IMG/VR virus record: IMGVR_UViG_3300031867_000031 | Location: 1 to 64,000 of that record | Length of the DNA stretch: 64,000 nucleotides | Direction: 5' to 3' (one strand) | Source of the DNA: a virus | Lineage: Duplodnaviria > Caudoviricetes | In this document: in pieces, positions 48,303-58,079 of the stretch | Layout of the letters: each line of letters starts with the position of its first letter | Position numbering within the stretch: the first letter of the stretch is position 1 | Translations under genes and position numbers: made by a program | Notes under the pieces: model-generated | The model's database searches: none | What the model saw: the letters and a program-made list of their open reading frames with translations, nothing else | Told to the model about the DNA's origin: nothing

Positions 48303-48668
48303 ATGCTTATTCCGCTAAAACTTTACGGATTTTTGTCAAATTTACATGATGCTGCAATTGATATAAAAAATGATAGTAAAACTAAAGCAGGAACAGTTAT
48401 TGAATACATTATCGATAATCCAGATAAAGTAATTCTTGGAATTGGTACAGTAGCCAGTCTTCTGAGAGCTAGTCAAAGTCTTGTTGTAAGTCATCGAAAT
48501 TATTCTCAGCGCAAGTATGCAGAGCGGTCATATTACGATCCTCATACTCATACTAAGTGGATGCTTCGCAGACAACTTACTAATTACGAAAAGAAATCAC
48601 TTAATCAACGAGTCAGCAACGGAGAAACTGCCGTTGATATTTTAGAAGAAATGGGGGTACTTAAATGA
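48303..48668 (+). CDS. Conserved phage hypothetical protein
   Basis: YYDPHTHTKW.LRRQLT...GET..DILEEMGVLK. Confidence 0.7.
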   Translation: MLIPLKLYGFLSNLHDAAIDIKNDSKTKAGTVIEYIIDNPDKVILGIGTVASLLRASQSLVVSHRNYSQRKYAERSYYDPHTHTKWMLRRQLTNYEKKSLNQRVSNGETAVDILEEMGVLK

Positions 48669-49009
48669 CTGAACAAATAGATCCTTTAGAAAACAAATCT
48701 CAAAAAGACGTTCATTTATATTTGTGTGATGGAAAAGCTTGTTCCGAAGAAGACAAAAAGTGCTGTTGGACACAAAATTTACCACCCGATTTAACATGCA
48801 GACATACAACAAACGAAGAGCATTCATTAGCTAAAAAACTCAGGGGTCTAATTCCAACAAAATTCTACCCATTTTCAGGAAACAAGCATGTTTTGGTCGA
48901 GCACTTTGATTATAAGTATGCAAAGAAAGATGCTTTAGAAAAATTTCTGAATTCTCTACCCAAAAAGAAAGACACTGGTGAATCGAATAATGACGAAGAA
49001 CAAGGATAA
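48665..49009 (+). CDS. Cys-containing hypothetical protein
   Basis: YLCDGKAC...CRHTT..EH putative metal site. Confidence 0.65.
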   Translation: MTEQIDPLENKSQKDVHLYLCDGKACSEEDKKCCWTQNLPPDLTCRHTTNEEHSLAKKLRGLIPTKFYPFSGNKHVLVEHFDYKYAKKDALEKFLNSLPKKKDTGESNNDEEQG

Positions 49010-49475
49010 CCCATTTCATCAGGCATGTATTGATGCGTGCATCAAACTTGATAAGAAAAAGGGACTTGGAACTTACGCTTATAACATTTTAGAGGACAAT
49101 GGTATAATTGAGCATATTCTTAATGGAACTTTGAATTTGAATGATTATACCGATAGGGATTTAGAATCCTTTCGCGGATTGGGTTTTACCACAATTGAAA
49201 TACTTCGCGTAGCGTGGAATTTATATATGAAAAAGCCTTTGCAAAAAGCATTGGATTTAGATCCAGCAATGCTGCGAGGATATTCTACTGGTAAAGATCT
49301 TATTCGATGGATTAAAGACCATAAACTCGAACACAAACGAGTATATTATGCGCATCATGATTGTGTCGGTTTTGTAATAGAAACGCGCGAATTCGAAGGT
49401 ATGGAGTATGACACCACTGCAGATCTAAATGTTATTAATGGCGATTATGTAGAAGTTCGGGAGCATATTTCATGA
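48990..49475 (+). CDS. alphaCTD-like domain protein
   Basis: LEDNGIIEHILNG...YTDRDLESFRGLG aligns with 57660 paralogue. Confidence 0.6.
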   Translation: MTKNKDNPFHQACIDACIKLDKKKGLGTYAYNILEDNGIIEHILNGTLNLNDYTDRDLESFRGLGFTTIEILRVAWNLYMKKPLQKALDLDPAMLRGYSTGKDLIRWIKDHKLEHKRVYYAHHDCVGFVIETREFEGMEYDTTADLNVINGDYVEVREHIS

Positions 49476-49666
49476 GTGGACAAAATATTTATGCTATGTT
49501 CTGCAAAGTATTCGGCGGATTGAAAAACGACGTTCGAATGTTTAAAACCCATGGAGATCGGTCTATTATATTATACCTGACAAATGGTGAACTGCCATTA
49601 TTGTTTACAGTAGTCGATAGCCAAAGAGAGATTTGGACATTAGAGCCTGTAATTAATACTAAATGA
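49472..49666 (+). CDS. Hypothetical protein
   Basis: ATGA overlap with upstream gene. Confidence 0.6.
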   Translation: MSGQNIYAMFCKVFGGLKNDVRMFKTHGDRSIILYLTNGELPLLFTVVDSQREIWTLEPVINTK

Positions 49667-49688
49667 TATTTTGAAAAGAGGTTGCATA

Positions 49689-50180
49689 ATGAGTTTTAAT
49701 TTTTTAAATGGACTTGATTTAAATAATGGTAGAATTTTTATTATTATGGTCGGACCACCTGGAGCAGGAAAGACGATCGCATCTAAGAAACTCGTAGACG
49801 ATTACGGTTTTATTCGAATTTGTCCGGATGATATTCGGGAAGAAATTACTGGTAACGCTAATAATCAGGATCGTAATGAAGAGGTATTCACCAAAGTTTA
49901 TTCGAGACTTAGTGAATACTTGAATCAAGGTTTTAATGTGGTGTATGATGCTACAAATTGTAGATCTGCATATCGTTTTAAAGTTCTTGATATTGCTCGA
50001 AAATCGGCTAATACGATAGTTTGTATGGTATCAACTACTCCTATTGGCGATTGTTTGGAGCGTAATAAAAATCGTTACGAACGTCATGTTCCAGAAGAAG
50101 TAATTGAGCGAATGTATTTTACACTCAAAAAGCATCCGCCAACGATTTTTGAAGGGTATGATCTAATTGTCGGTTTCTAA
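49689..50180 (+). CDS. P-loop kinase (AAA_33 / polynucleotide-kinase-like)
   Basis: GPPGAGKT Walker A, CPDDIR, YDATN, VPEEVIERM. Confidence 0.85.
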   Translation: MSFNFLNGLDLNNGRIFIIMVGPPGAGKTIASKKLVDDYGFIRICPDDIREEITGNANNQDRNEEVFTKVYSRLSEYLNQGFNVVYDATNCRSAYRFKVLDIARKSANTIVCMVSTTPIGDCLERNKNRYERHVPEEVIERMYFTLKKHPPTIFEGYDLIVGF

Positions 50181-50532
50181 TAAAGAGTATGATTCATGCT
50201 CTTCAGAATTATATTCGAATTTGGATAAAATCAGACATTTAATTTCGGAGCCAGCTCTATATGAGCAAATGGCAGAAGAATGTTCCGAGCTCAGTCAAGC
50301 ACTTTTGAAAAAAGCTCGTAAACTGCGAAATGAAAACTATACGCCAAAGTCATATTCTGAAATTAATGACAATTTAATTGAAGAATACACGGATGTCAGA
50401 CTTTGTGCAATGGTGCTTTCCTTATCAATTGACGAGACAATTCTCTCTGAAAAACTAAATCGATGGATATTTCGAAATAGTGATATAGGAAAAAATCTTA
50501 TGGCGAATGGAGAACCATATGAAAATTCTTGA
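50167..50532 (+). CDS. MazG-like nucleotide pyrophosphatase
   Basis: QMAEECSELSQALLK...EEYTDV. Confidence 0.7.
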   Translation: MSVSNKEYDSCSSELYSNLDKIRHLISEPALYEQMAEECSELSQALLKKARKLRNENYTPKSYSEINDNLIEEYTDVRLCAMVLSLSIDETILSEKLNRWIFRNSDIGKNLMANGEPYENS

Positions 50533-51163
50533 TGCTTCTTACAAAATTGTGCGTCTCCAAAAAGAAATTGATGTAGATCAGATAAGTGATGCATATTGTA
50601 TGTGCTACGAAACACCGCATCCCACATCATATGAAAAGCAATGTGATATTATTAGAAATCATAGAAAACATGGATCGCCGCTTGAGCATTCTATTATGAC
50701 TGTCGATTTCGTAATTAATCGTGGAATTAGTCATGAATTGGTTCGCCATAGGCATACTGGATATTCTCAGCAGTCTACTCGCTATTGCAATTTTAGTAAA
50801 AATAAATTCGGTAACAGTGTAAGTTTTATACGAGATTCTAGAATCTCGATCGATAATGCGGCGCTGTACGATCTATGGATTCGTGGATTACAAGCTGATG
50901 AAGACGAATATTTTGAACGTTTAAACATGGGTCAAACACCAGAAGAAGCACGAGGATGTTTGCCGAATGATCTGGCAACACGACTAAAAGTATCGACTAA
51001 TTTCCGCGAATGGCATGATATTTTCACGTTGCGTTGTGATACTCATGCCCATTATCAAATGCGAGAGATTATGAGGCCTTTGTGCGAAGAGATGATTTGC
51101 GAGCTTCCTTGTATTTTTGACGATATTCATCCCGAGTTGGATTTTGTGGTGCTTGATGATTAA
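50519..51163 (+). CDS. thyX: FAD-dependent thymidylate synthase
   Basis: HGSPLEH, SHELVRHRHTGYSQQSTRY (RHRX7S), EEARGCLP, LRCDTHAHYQMR. Confidence 0.92.
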   Translation: MKILDASYKIVRLQKEIDVDQISDAYCMCYETPHPTSYEKQCDIIRNHRKHGSPLEHSIMTVDFVINRGISHELVRHRHTGYSQQSTRYCNFSKNKFGNSVSFIRDSRISIDNAALYDLWIRGLQADEDEYFERLNMGQTPEEARGCLPNDLATRLKVSTNFREWHDIFTLRCDTHAHYQMREIMRPLCEEMICELPCIFDDIHPELDFVVLDD

Positions 51164-51380
51164 TAACTGGGAATTCCGGCAAGATATTAAGCGCAATGCT
51201 TTAAAAAGAATCGTTCAAGATGGAAATTCTCTACAATCATTGATAAGTATTTTGGATTTACAACTTAGTACTGATCAAAATGATAATGCTATTGAAACGC
51301 TCTCATTTATAGAAACAGTGTTAACTCAAATGGATGCTGATTGTGGATCATTGGGCACAGCATTAAATTACGAACAGTAA
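51156..51380 (+). CDS. Hypothetical protein
   Basis: Coupled to thyX stop. Confidence 0.5.
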   Translation: MINNWEFRQDIKRNALKRIVQDGNSLQSLISILDLQLSTDQNDNAIETLSFIETVLTQMDADCGSLGTALNYEQ

Positions 51381-51393
51381 GGAATTATATTTT

Positions 51394-51717
51394 ATGGCTC
51401 AGCAGAAAGCATTTACAGATCCTCATCAAAAATCTGGAGAAAAGGAAGCAATTGATATTGTTTATAAATGGTATAAAAATCAACATAGAAAAATTGATCG
51501 CGATTCAATCTATGTCGTATGGTTTGCTTTTATCGGCTATAGCGGATTTAAATGCATGGTCACATCGCATGATTACAAAGATTATTTCTTTGAGATTACT
51601 GTGAATAAACGAACGGGCGAAATGCGATGCGATTGTTTTAAACGCGTTGAATATATTGTAAAGCCTGCTGACCACGATAAGCATGAATCCGATTCTAATG
51701 ATATTTCACTTATATAA
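51394..51717 (+). CDS. DUF6275-like paralogue
   Basis: IYVVWF...YFFEITVN...DCFKR resembles 37103 gene. Confidence 0.5.
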   Translation: MAQQKAFTDPHQKSGEKEAIDIVYKWYKNQHRKIDRDSIYVVWFAFIGYSGFKCMVTSHDYKDYFFEITVNKRTGEMRCDCFKRVEYIVKPADHDKHESDSNDISLI

Positions 51718-51781
51718 CTCTCGCAGAATTAACTCGCACTATAATAGGTAGGTATTACAAATACGTTTGAAAGGCGATGCA

Positions 51782-51955
51782 ATGGACGTTAGTGTTATGT
51801 GCGAGTATCTGATTGATTCCATAATGATACTTGTTGGCATGGGTGTGCTGGTGCACATCTATGCGGAGCAAAGGTATCAGGAAGGAATGGAGAAGGGAAT
51901 GCGCATGCAGCGGAAGATTGATCGCGCTGCTAGACGCGGAGAGTTTTATCGGTAG
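51782..51955 (+). CDS. Single-TM cassette protein
   Basis: Promoter 51721; terminator hairpin 51956-51995. Confidence 0.6.
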   Translation: MDVSVMCEYLIDSIMILVGMGVLVHIYAEQRYQEGMEKGMRMQRKIDRAARRGEFYR

Positions 51956-52033
51956 AGAAGAGGGGATCTATAGAAAATTATGGATCCCCTCTTTTATGTT
52001 TTTGCATGCTTTTCTTTAGAAAGGATTTCAGGC

Positions 52034-52783
52034 ATGAGCGGTACAATTAACGACGCAATTGTTGGTGCAGTTGTTGGAAATATTCTCGGAACTGATAGAT
52101 GGCTAATTGGTCGTGACGAATCTAAAGAAACTTTAAATGATGATATTCAAATGTATATAGAAAAATCGATGACGCTAAATGCTATGTCTAAAATTATTCG
52201 ATCGATGAAACACTACGATGGTTTTTGTATTGATGATATTTCTTCAAAAATCAAAACGATCGATGGTCTGTGTAGTGGTAGCGAAAATTGTTATGTTACT
52301 CCCAATGATGGATCGGTTTTATGTTGGATTTATTTAGCCGCGTTTTCTGATATTTTTGTCGAGCATGATTATTCTTTAGACTTCACAATTAGTAGTATTT
52401 GTAAAGCCACACATGCTGATGACGATACTATAAATCTTTGCATTGAATATTGTCATCTTATTCATGATATTTTCTGTAATCACATGGATCAGGAAAGAAT
52501 TCTGCAATTTCTTCCAGAACTTGATATTCTTGCTGGAGATGTTCCGATATATCGAGATGCAAAGTCGACGTTTTTCGCTGGACTTTGGGCATTTGTTCAC
52601 GCAACAAGTTATGAAAATGCTTTGCATAATTGTGCCGAACTTGATCATGGCCGAGGTTTTACAAATTGGATTCCGACAGTTGCTGGAACACTTGCTGGTT
52701 TATATTTCGGATCCAATTCAATTCCACAGTATCTTATAAAGGATTTCAAAATCGATGATTATTTGAATAGCTTGACTTTTTAA
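52034..52783 (+). CDS. ADP-ribosylglycohydrolase-like protein
   Basis: GAVVGNILG, NDDIQM, THAD, VAGTLAGLYFG..SIP motifs; acidic metal ligands partly degenerate. Confidence 0.65.
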   Translation: MSGTINDAIVGAVVGNILGTDRWLIGRDESKETLNDDIQMYIEKSMTLNAMSKIIRSMKHYDGFCIDDISSKIKTIDGLCSGSENCYVTPNDGSVLCWIYLAAFSDIFVEHDYSLDFTISSICKATHADDDTINLCIEYCHLIHDIFCNHMDQERILQFLPELDILAGDVPIYRDAKSTFFAGLWAFVHATSYENALHNCAELDHGRGFTNWIPTVAGTLAGLYFGSNSIPQYLIKDFKIDDYLNSLTF

Positions 52784-52796
52784 GAGGCGAATTTTT

Positions 52797-53072
52797 ATGG
52801 AAAATCATATTGTAATTATTGCGTGTTTTGCATTTATTGGCATGGTCATACTTTTGTTCGTAATAACATTTGCTACTTACCACATCGGCTATAATAACGG
52901 CTATGCCACTGGGTATAAAGATAGTAGACGAGATATTCGACGAAAGCGAATAAATGCTAATTATTCTCAATCATTCGACAATATAAGAATTTTGCCACTA
53001 AAATCCAAAAAGCCAGTATATATTAACAGTAGATCAAAGTATGAGGCCGTTGACTATGACAAAAACTGTTAA
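52797..53072 (+). CDS. Single-TM protein
   Basis: N-terminal TM, GYNNGYATGY. Confidence 0.6.
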   Translation: MENHIVIIACFAFIGMVILLFVITFATYHIGYNNGYATGYKDSRRDIRRKRINANYSQSFDNIRILPLKSKKPVYINSRSKYEAVDYDKNC

Positions 53073-53301
53073 TGACCCTGTAAACCATCCTAGCCATTAT
53101 ACTCAAGGCGATATAGAATGTATTGATGCTATCAAGGCAAGCATGACACCAGAAGCCTTTATTGGATATTTAAAAGGTAATTGTATTAAGTATTTATGGC
53201 GAACTGGTTTAAAAAATGATGCTGTTGAGGATATTCGCAAAGCAGGCTGGTATTTAAATAAGCTTGAAGAGGCTTTGAAAGATGGTGAAGCTAATGCCTA
53301 A
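53056..53301 (+). CDS. DUF3310 family protein
   Basis: DPVNHPSHYTQGDIECIDAI...KGNCIKYLWR..LKN..VEDIRKA.WYL. Confidence 0.85.
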   Translation: MTKTVNDPVNHPSHYTQGDIECIDAIKASMTPEAFIGYLKGNCIKYLWRTGLKNDAVEDIRKAGWYLNKLEEALKDGEANA

Positions 53302-54046
53302 TTTGGACTATAATTATTCATACGAATTATATGCTATACGGGATAGCGTGATTAATAAAAGTGGTTTTTGTATTTCAGAATTACCCAATCCAGATCGTAT
53401 AACAATGGATAATGAAGAGCAACGTTTTGGTAAATCACTAATAACTATTACCCTATTATGGAATTCATCAATGCCTCGCTTTCTTCCTGACTATAGATAT
53501 ATTTTACTTCAATATAAAGATGCTGATGAATGTCTTGCATATATGATGAAAGCCACGGCCATTAATCGAGTCAGTTATGGAGAAAGCGAAGCAATTTTTC
53601 GTGCTGTTTTACCAGATACGAATATTCTCAAAGCTGTGCTAGAATACCGAGAGAAAACTAAATATTGTAATGGTGTACGACGTATATCGGAGGAGCGTTT
53701 CATGTTTACGAATGCTTTGGAAAATGCACTCAACTCTGCTTTTAGATATGGAACTACTAATACACCGCTTATTAAAGAACTTTTCTATAATGAACCGCAT
53801 ACTATTGTTAAGTGGAATGATGGAACCACTACTGTGGTTGGCTGTGCAGAAGGTGAAGAATTCAGTAAAGAATTGGGTCTTTCTGTTGCCATTGCTGAAA
53901 AGTATTTTGAAGTTCTAGGTTTTCCGTATCCTCGAGCAGCTCTAAAGAAGTTGACCGAAAATGGACATGATCAAACGGCTAAGACAAAGGCTCGTAGGGA
54001 TTTTAAAGCTGCTAAAAAGGCTAAGAAGATCGAAACCGAGGAGTAA
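53294..54046 (+). CDS. Phage protein with conserved C-terminal domain
   Basis: NEPHTIVKWNDGTTTVVGC..GEEFSKELGL. Confidence 0.7.
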   Translation: MPNLDYNYSYELYAIRDSVINKSGFCISELPNPDRITMDNEEQRFGKSLITITLLWNSSMPRFLPDYRYILLQYKDADECLAYMMKATAINRVSYGESEAIFRAVLPDTNILKAVLEYREKTKYCNGVRRISEERFMFTNALENALNSAFRYGTTNTPLIKELFYNEPHTIVKWNDGTTTVVGCAEGEEFSKELGLSVAIAEKYFEVLGFPYPRAALKKLTENGHDQTAKTKARRDFKAAKKAKKIETEE

Positions 54047-54051
54047 GTATA

Positions 54052-54297
54052 ATGTCTGATCGGTGGTTTGATTTATATTTATTCTTAGTTGGCGAAGCTA
54101 ATGTTTTATATAAACTTAGCCACCTTTCTAAAGAAGATGCTGATAAATATGCAGACTACTGGATAGAGATGAATGACATGCATGATTACATGCTTGTTTT
54201 AGAAGGATCTACTCCGTGGGATGATACTCCTACCATTATTGAAAAATCCCCAGAATGGATTTTTCTAGAGTATGCTCGATTGCAGATAGAAGGGTGA
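54052..54297 (+). CDS. Hypothetical protein
   Basis: GAGGAG RBS. Confidence 0.6.
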   Translation: MSDRWFDLYLFLVGEANVLYKLSHLSKEDADKYADYWIEMNDMHDYMLVLEGSTPWDDTPTIIEKSPEWIFLEYARLQIEG

Positions 54298-54301
54298 TAT
54301 T

Positions 54302-54592
54302 TTGGTTCAATTAGATGACGAAGTGTATGCTAAACTTAAAAAAGATGCCGATGATAACCGACAAATAGTAGCAATTGTTCGATGGGTTGTAATCGCCATC
54401 ATGTTTCTTAGTATATTTTTCTTCTGGGGAAAGCAAATACTCGATATGGATATTCGACGTAGACAAATGGAACTCGAATGTCAATTGGCAATTACTAAAG
54501 CCGAGAATAATGTAGAAGTTAGGAAAATTGAATCTGAAGGCATGGATTTAGATGATTATATTCTATGGCTAAATGCTCGCGAAAAGGATTAG
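54302..54592 (+). CDS. Single-TM coiled-coil protein
   Basis: IVAIVRWVVIAIMFLSIFFFWG. Confidence 0.6.
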   Translation: MVQLDDEVYAKLKKDADDNRQIVAIVRWVVIAIMFLSIFFFWGKQILDMDIRRRQMELECQLAITKAENNVEVRKIESEGMDLDDYILWLNAREKD

Positions 54593-54736
54593 GGTGATGG
54601 AAATTGAACAAGTTTTAATGGCAGTAATCATATGTGTATTAGCATGTGTGATAGCTGCCATAATTATTCAAAGTTTGTTTTTGGTTAAGATGTTGACATT
54701 AGTGTTTATATTTTTGTCATGGGGTGTGTTACTAAT

Positions 54737-55102
54737 ATGATTAGAAAGAACGGATACTATAAACTAAACATTGACGATTTTGTTAAAATTTGTAAGCATT
54801 TTGGCTTAAATCCAAATAGTACCACAGTTCAAACTTTTCCCGGAATGATGTTTTCGGAATATCGTTTCTATGATATTTTTACTAATGCTGAGTTAGTATC
54901 ATTTTATGATCATGATGGAATGTTTCGAACTAGAAAGAATGCTACTGATTTTTATGAAGAGCCTATTAGCAACGTTCTTGGTAAAAATCCTGATATGCCT
55001 CCATCCGATATGATGAGTGCTATTAAGAAAAATGTTCACAAAGCACCCGCAAAGATTCGGCAAAAAATTGCTGAAACTAAACAGCAAATAGCAGATAAGT
55101 AG
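54737..55102 (+). CDS. Hypothetical protein
   Basis: ORF in gene run. Confidence 0.6.
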   Translation: MIRKNGYYKLNIDDFVKICKHFGLNPNSTTVQTFPGMMFSEYRFYDIFTNAELVSFYDHDGMFRTRKNATDFYEEPISNVLGKNPDMPPSDMMSAIKKNVHKAPAKIRQKIAETKQQIADK

Positions 55103-55223
55103 TTCGCAAAAATTACCATTCCTTTAATGAGGAGATAGGAGAGTGAAGTACGTTGAGATTATACGAGAAGCTCTCCTTTATATTTTTCCTCACTATGCAA
55201 ATCTCTTGAAAGGAGAAAAAATT

Positions 55224-55478
55224 ATGGCAGCGGATCCCAACACGACTAGCGATACAAATACTTATGAGGATGATACCCATCGCTATACAAAGGTTGACGG
55301 GAAGTATATTCGCAAGATGGTTAATGATTGGATTGACGATAATCCCGGCAAGACTATTGGGTTTATATTTCTTGCTGGGACTGTCCTTACTTGCAAAGTC
55401 TTTCAGAATATTTGCACTAGGGCAGTGTACAAGGGTAATCTGCGTACCATTAAGTATTTGATGAAGTACTCTAAGTAA
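55224..55478 (+). CDS. Single-TM protein after structured leader
   Basis: GAAAGGAG RBS at about 55208; promoter 55104. Confidence 0.65.
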   Translation: MAADPNTTSDTNTYEDDTHRYTKVDGKYIRKMVNDWIDDNPGKTIGFIFLAGTVLTCKVFQNICTRAVYKGNLRTIKYLMKYSK

Positions 55479-55516
55479 ATGATATTTTATAAGCTCAATA
55501 GAAAGCGAGAACTAAA

Positions 55517-55975
55517 ATGATTAAGAAGTATATTCATTATGGTGACACTGAATTCAAACTAGATAAATTCAATCCTATTGCTAATTGTGTATGCTTCAGC
55601 AAACCAGAGGGTGGATTGTGGGCAAGTCCTTGTGACTCGGATAATAATTGGTACGAATGGTGTATGGATAATCATTTTCGTATAGAACGTTTAATTGATT
55701 CGTTTATATTTACTATTAAGGACAATGCTCAAATTTTGAGTATTAAAAGCCATGGTGATCTAGTCCGCCTTAAGCAAAATGGTTTGTGCTTAGATTTTAG
55801 TTCTCGGTATTCATCTGCAAGGGATGAATTCTATCTGGACTTTGAGAAACTTCTCAAATTGGGTTGCGATGCAATAGAGGTTTATATTCGGGATACAATC
55901 TATATGGATCTCTATGGATGGGATTGCGATTCTTTGTTGGTTCTTAATCCGGATTGCATCATTCCAATAAAGTAA
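55517..55975 (+). CDS. Conserved phage protein (possible ART-like fold)
   Basis: YIHYG, KPEGGLWASP, WYEWC, YGWDCDSLLVLN. Confidence 0.6.
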   Translation: MIKKYIHYGDTEFKLDKFNPIANCVCFSKPEGGLWASPCDSDNNWYEWCMDNHFRIERLIDSFIFTIKDNAQILSIKSHGDLVRLKQNGLCLDFSSRYSSARDEFYLDFEKLLKLGCDAIEVYIRDTIYMDLYGWDCDSLLVLNPDCIIPIK

Positions 55976-56123
55976 GTTTATATTTGGTGGGTGTCAGGTT
56001 TTGCACAGGAGACTGACATAAAATCCAGAAAGTGTGTTTGATATTTGGTACTACTCGATCGAGACACTATAGAACCTAGGCTATAGTGGGCTGCTAGTAC
56101 CGTAGGGGCAACTGGATATTTTT

Positions 56124-56229
56124 GGAGCCGTATAGTATGCAAAGTGGTTGGTTGAATCCGAGAGAGATTCGTAAAATGAGTCCAACCGCATGGGTTCGAC
56201 GGTATGATTAGATTGGTGGGGATCTAGTC
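56124..56229 (+). ncRNA. Structured RNA element with TGGTGGGG-loop 3-prime hairpin
   Basis: GCCGT/ACGGT, GTGGTTGG/CCAACCGC, GAATC/GATTC, GATTAGAT/ATCTAGTC. Confidence 0.55.
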
Positions 56230-56262
56230 GTTTTATATTCTTGAACAGAAAGCGATTTGGTC

Positions 56263-56454
56263 ATGGCTATTCATAAAGATGTGGAAGCGCATTGTCCGAG
56301 ATGTGATACTGATGTTCATTTCCAAATTAATATGCGATATGTTGATTATAACGGCATCATTCCATGTTTGAGATGTCCTAGATGCAATATTGAATGTCCG
56401 GCATATGCGTTTAATGAGTTTTTAAGAACTGGAAAGATAGTTATTGGCGTGTAG
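56263..56454 (+). CDS. Zinc-ribbon protein, copy 1
   Basis: HCPRCD...CLRCPRC; paralogue of 58066. Confidence 0.8.
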   Translation: MAIHKDVEAHCPRCDTDVHFQINMRYVDYNGIIPCLRCPRCNIECPAYAFNEFLRTGKIVIGV

Positions 56455-56461
56455 ATAATTT

Positions 56462-56537
56462 GCGCCCTTAGCTCAGTTGGCAGAGCAGGGGACTTTTAAT
56501 CCCAAGGTCATGGGTTCGAGACCCATAGGGCGCACCA
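56462..56537 (+). tRNA. tRNA-Lys(UUU)
   Basis: Full cloverleaf, anticodon TTT, encoded CCA. Confidence 0.95.
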
Positions 56538-56550
56538 TTTATATTTTTAT

Positions 56551-56642
56551 GGAGCCGAATAAGTATGTAGTTGGTAGTCGAATGACTTTAAACTGAAGCC
56601 AACTGTAGGAAAAGGCATGGCTAGATAGGGCGGGGATCTGGT
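56551..56642 (+). ncRNA. Paralogous structured RNA element (GGCGGGG loop)
   Basis: Shares GGAGCCG, AGTATG, GTTGG/CCAAC, GCATGG and TAGAT..GGGGATCT with 56124 element. Confidence 0.55.
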
Positions 56643-56675
56643 TTATATTTCAAGCTCGAGAGAAAGCGAGAGGTA

Positions 56676-56945
56676 ATGAAAGTTGTAATCAATGATTGTT
56701 TCGGCGGTTTTTCTATTAATCATGAAATCGCTAAACAATATTTTAATGGCGAATGGTATGAAATAAAACGAACCGATCCTACTCTAATCTCTTTGATAGA
56801 GTCGGGTATAGACTGCAACGGTTCAAGTGCAGAATTGAAAGTAGTAGAAATTCCTGAGAATGCTACTGATTGGCGTATGATTGAATACGATGGAGCAGAG
56901 TACATCATATATGTAGTCGACGGTAAAATGCATTCTATTTATTAA
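56676..56945 (+). CDS. Conserved phage hypothetical protein
   Basis: MKVVINDCFGGFSI...RTDPTL...LKVVEIP...EYDG. Confidence 0.8.
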   Translation: MKVVINDCFGGFSINHEIAKQYFNGEWYEIKRTDPTLISLIESGIDCNGSSAELKVVEIPENATDWRMIEYDGAEYIIYVVDGKMHSIY

Positions 56946-56955
56946 TGATGTTTAC

Positions 56956-57121
56956 GGGAGACATTTATTGTCACAATGCCTAAAGTTGTAGGGAGTTCTG
57001 GTGGGGTTAGGCATTTGAATATTTATGGGTGAGTTCCCGCCATTGGAAGCGTTCTAGAGTAGGCTTCTAATGGATAGGTGTTAGTGCAACTCGGACTAGT
57101 AGCGGGGATGGGTCTACTAGT
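56956..57121 (+). ncRNA. Two tandem structured elements with G-rich loops
   Basis: ATGCCTAA..TGGTGGGG-TTAGGCAT; CCATTGGAAGC/GCTTCTAATGG; ACTAGTAG-CGGGGATGGGT-CTACTAGT. Confidence 0.5.
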
Positions 57122-57132
57122 GAATTATATTT

Positions 57133-57216
<84 letters not shown>

Positions 57217-57250
57217 TTTATATTTTTAACTCTTCATAGAAAGTAACAAA

Positions 57251-57493
57251 ATGATTACTATAAACATTAGCCGTGATGATGCAATTTATCTGCAGGCAAT
57301 TTTGCAAAGTGATAAGAACGAATATTGTGATGGTATTATAAGCCTTGAAGAAATTATGCAAACAGATCCTGATAGACTACTTGGTAAAAGAAAGCAAACG
57401 CCAAGCGAGGCCATTGAGACTACTCAAAAAGCCGTCGGTGTTTTAGACCGAGTACTTGATCAATTGGCGCAAAATATTCAAACTAAGGAATAA
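57251..57493 (+). CDS. Hypothetical protein
   Basis: AGAAAG RBS. Confidence 0.65.
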   Translation: MITINISRDDAIYLQAILQSDKNEYCDGIISLEEIMQTDPDRLLGKRKQTPSEAIETTQKAVGVLDRVLDQLAQNIQTKE

Positions 57494-57659
57494 AATGTTT
57501 ATTTTTAATCGAGGGATAGAACCATGAACGATCCTGACGATTTTACTTTTTTAGAAAAAGTATTAATGATACTTAGTTATATTCTCGTATTCGCGTTAAT
57601 TTTTAAAACGTCTGGATAAGCAATGAATAATACAACAGCTCTAAAGAAAGCGAAACAGC

Positions 57660-58079
57660 ATGAGTAATGAAAAACGAAATCAAGAAATTTTTAATCTTAA
57701 AGAAAGTGGCATGTCATATTCGCAAATAGGATCCAAATTTAATCTTTCTAAAGAACGAATTCGTCAAATTTATTTAAAAGAACAGCGTCATATAGAATCC
57801 GAAGAACTTCATGTCAAAGCAGTAAATGGCACTATCGTGTATACTTTTTGGGATGCGTTAATAGATGTTTGTGAAACTAAATCGCAAGCTGTACGAATTC
57901 ACAATTGTCTTAATCGGGCTGGCATCATTCATGAAATAGAAGTTGGAAGTGGTTCTTTGGATTCGTATTCTGATGAATTGCTGCTATCTATTCGAAATTT
58001 TGGAGTGCTATCATTGATATTTTCAAGAAGAGCGTATAAGAAATTCGTGGAAAAGAGACAAGCTAATGTCAATTCATAA
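57660..58079 (+). CDS. sigma4-like HTH plus RNA polymerase alphaCTD-like protein
   Basis: GMSYSQIGSKFNLSKERIRQI; VRIHNCLNRAGI...YSDELLLSIRNFGVLSL. Confidence 0.75.
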   Translation: MSNEKRNQEIFNLKESGMSYSQIGSKFNLSKERIRQIYLKEQRHIESEELHVKAVNGTIVYTFWDALIDVCETKSQAVRIHNCLNRAGIIHEIEVGSGSLDSYSDELLLSIRNFGVLSLIFSRRAYKKFVEKRQANVNS

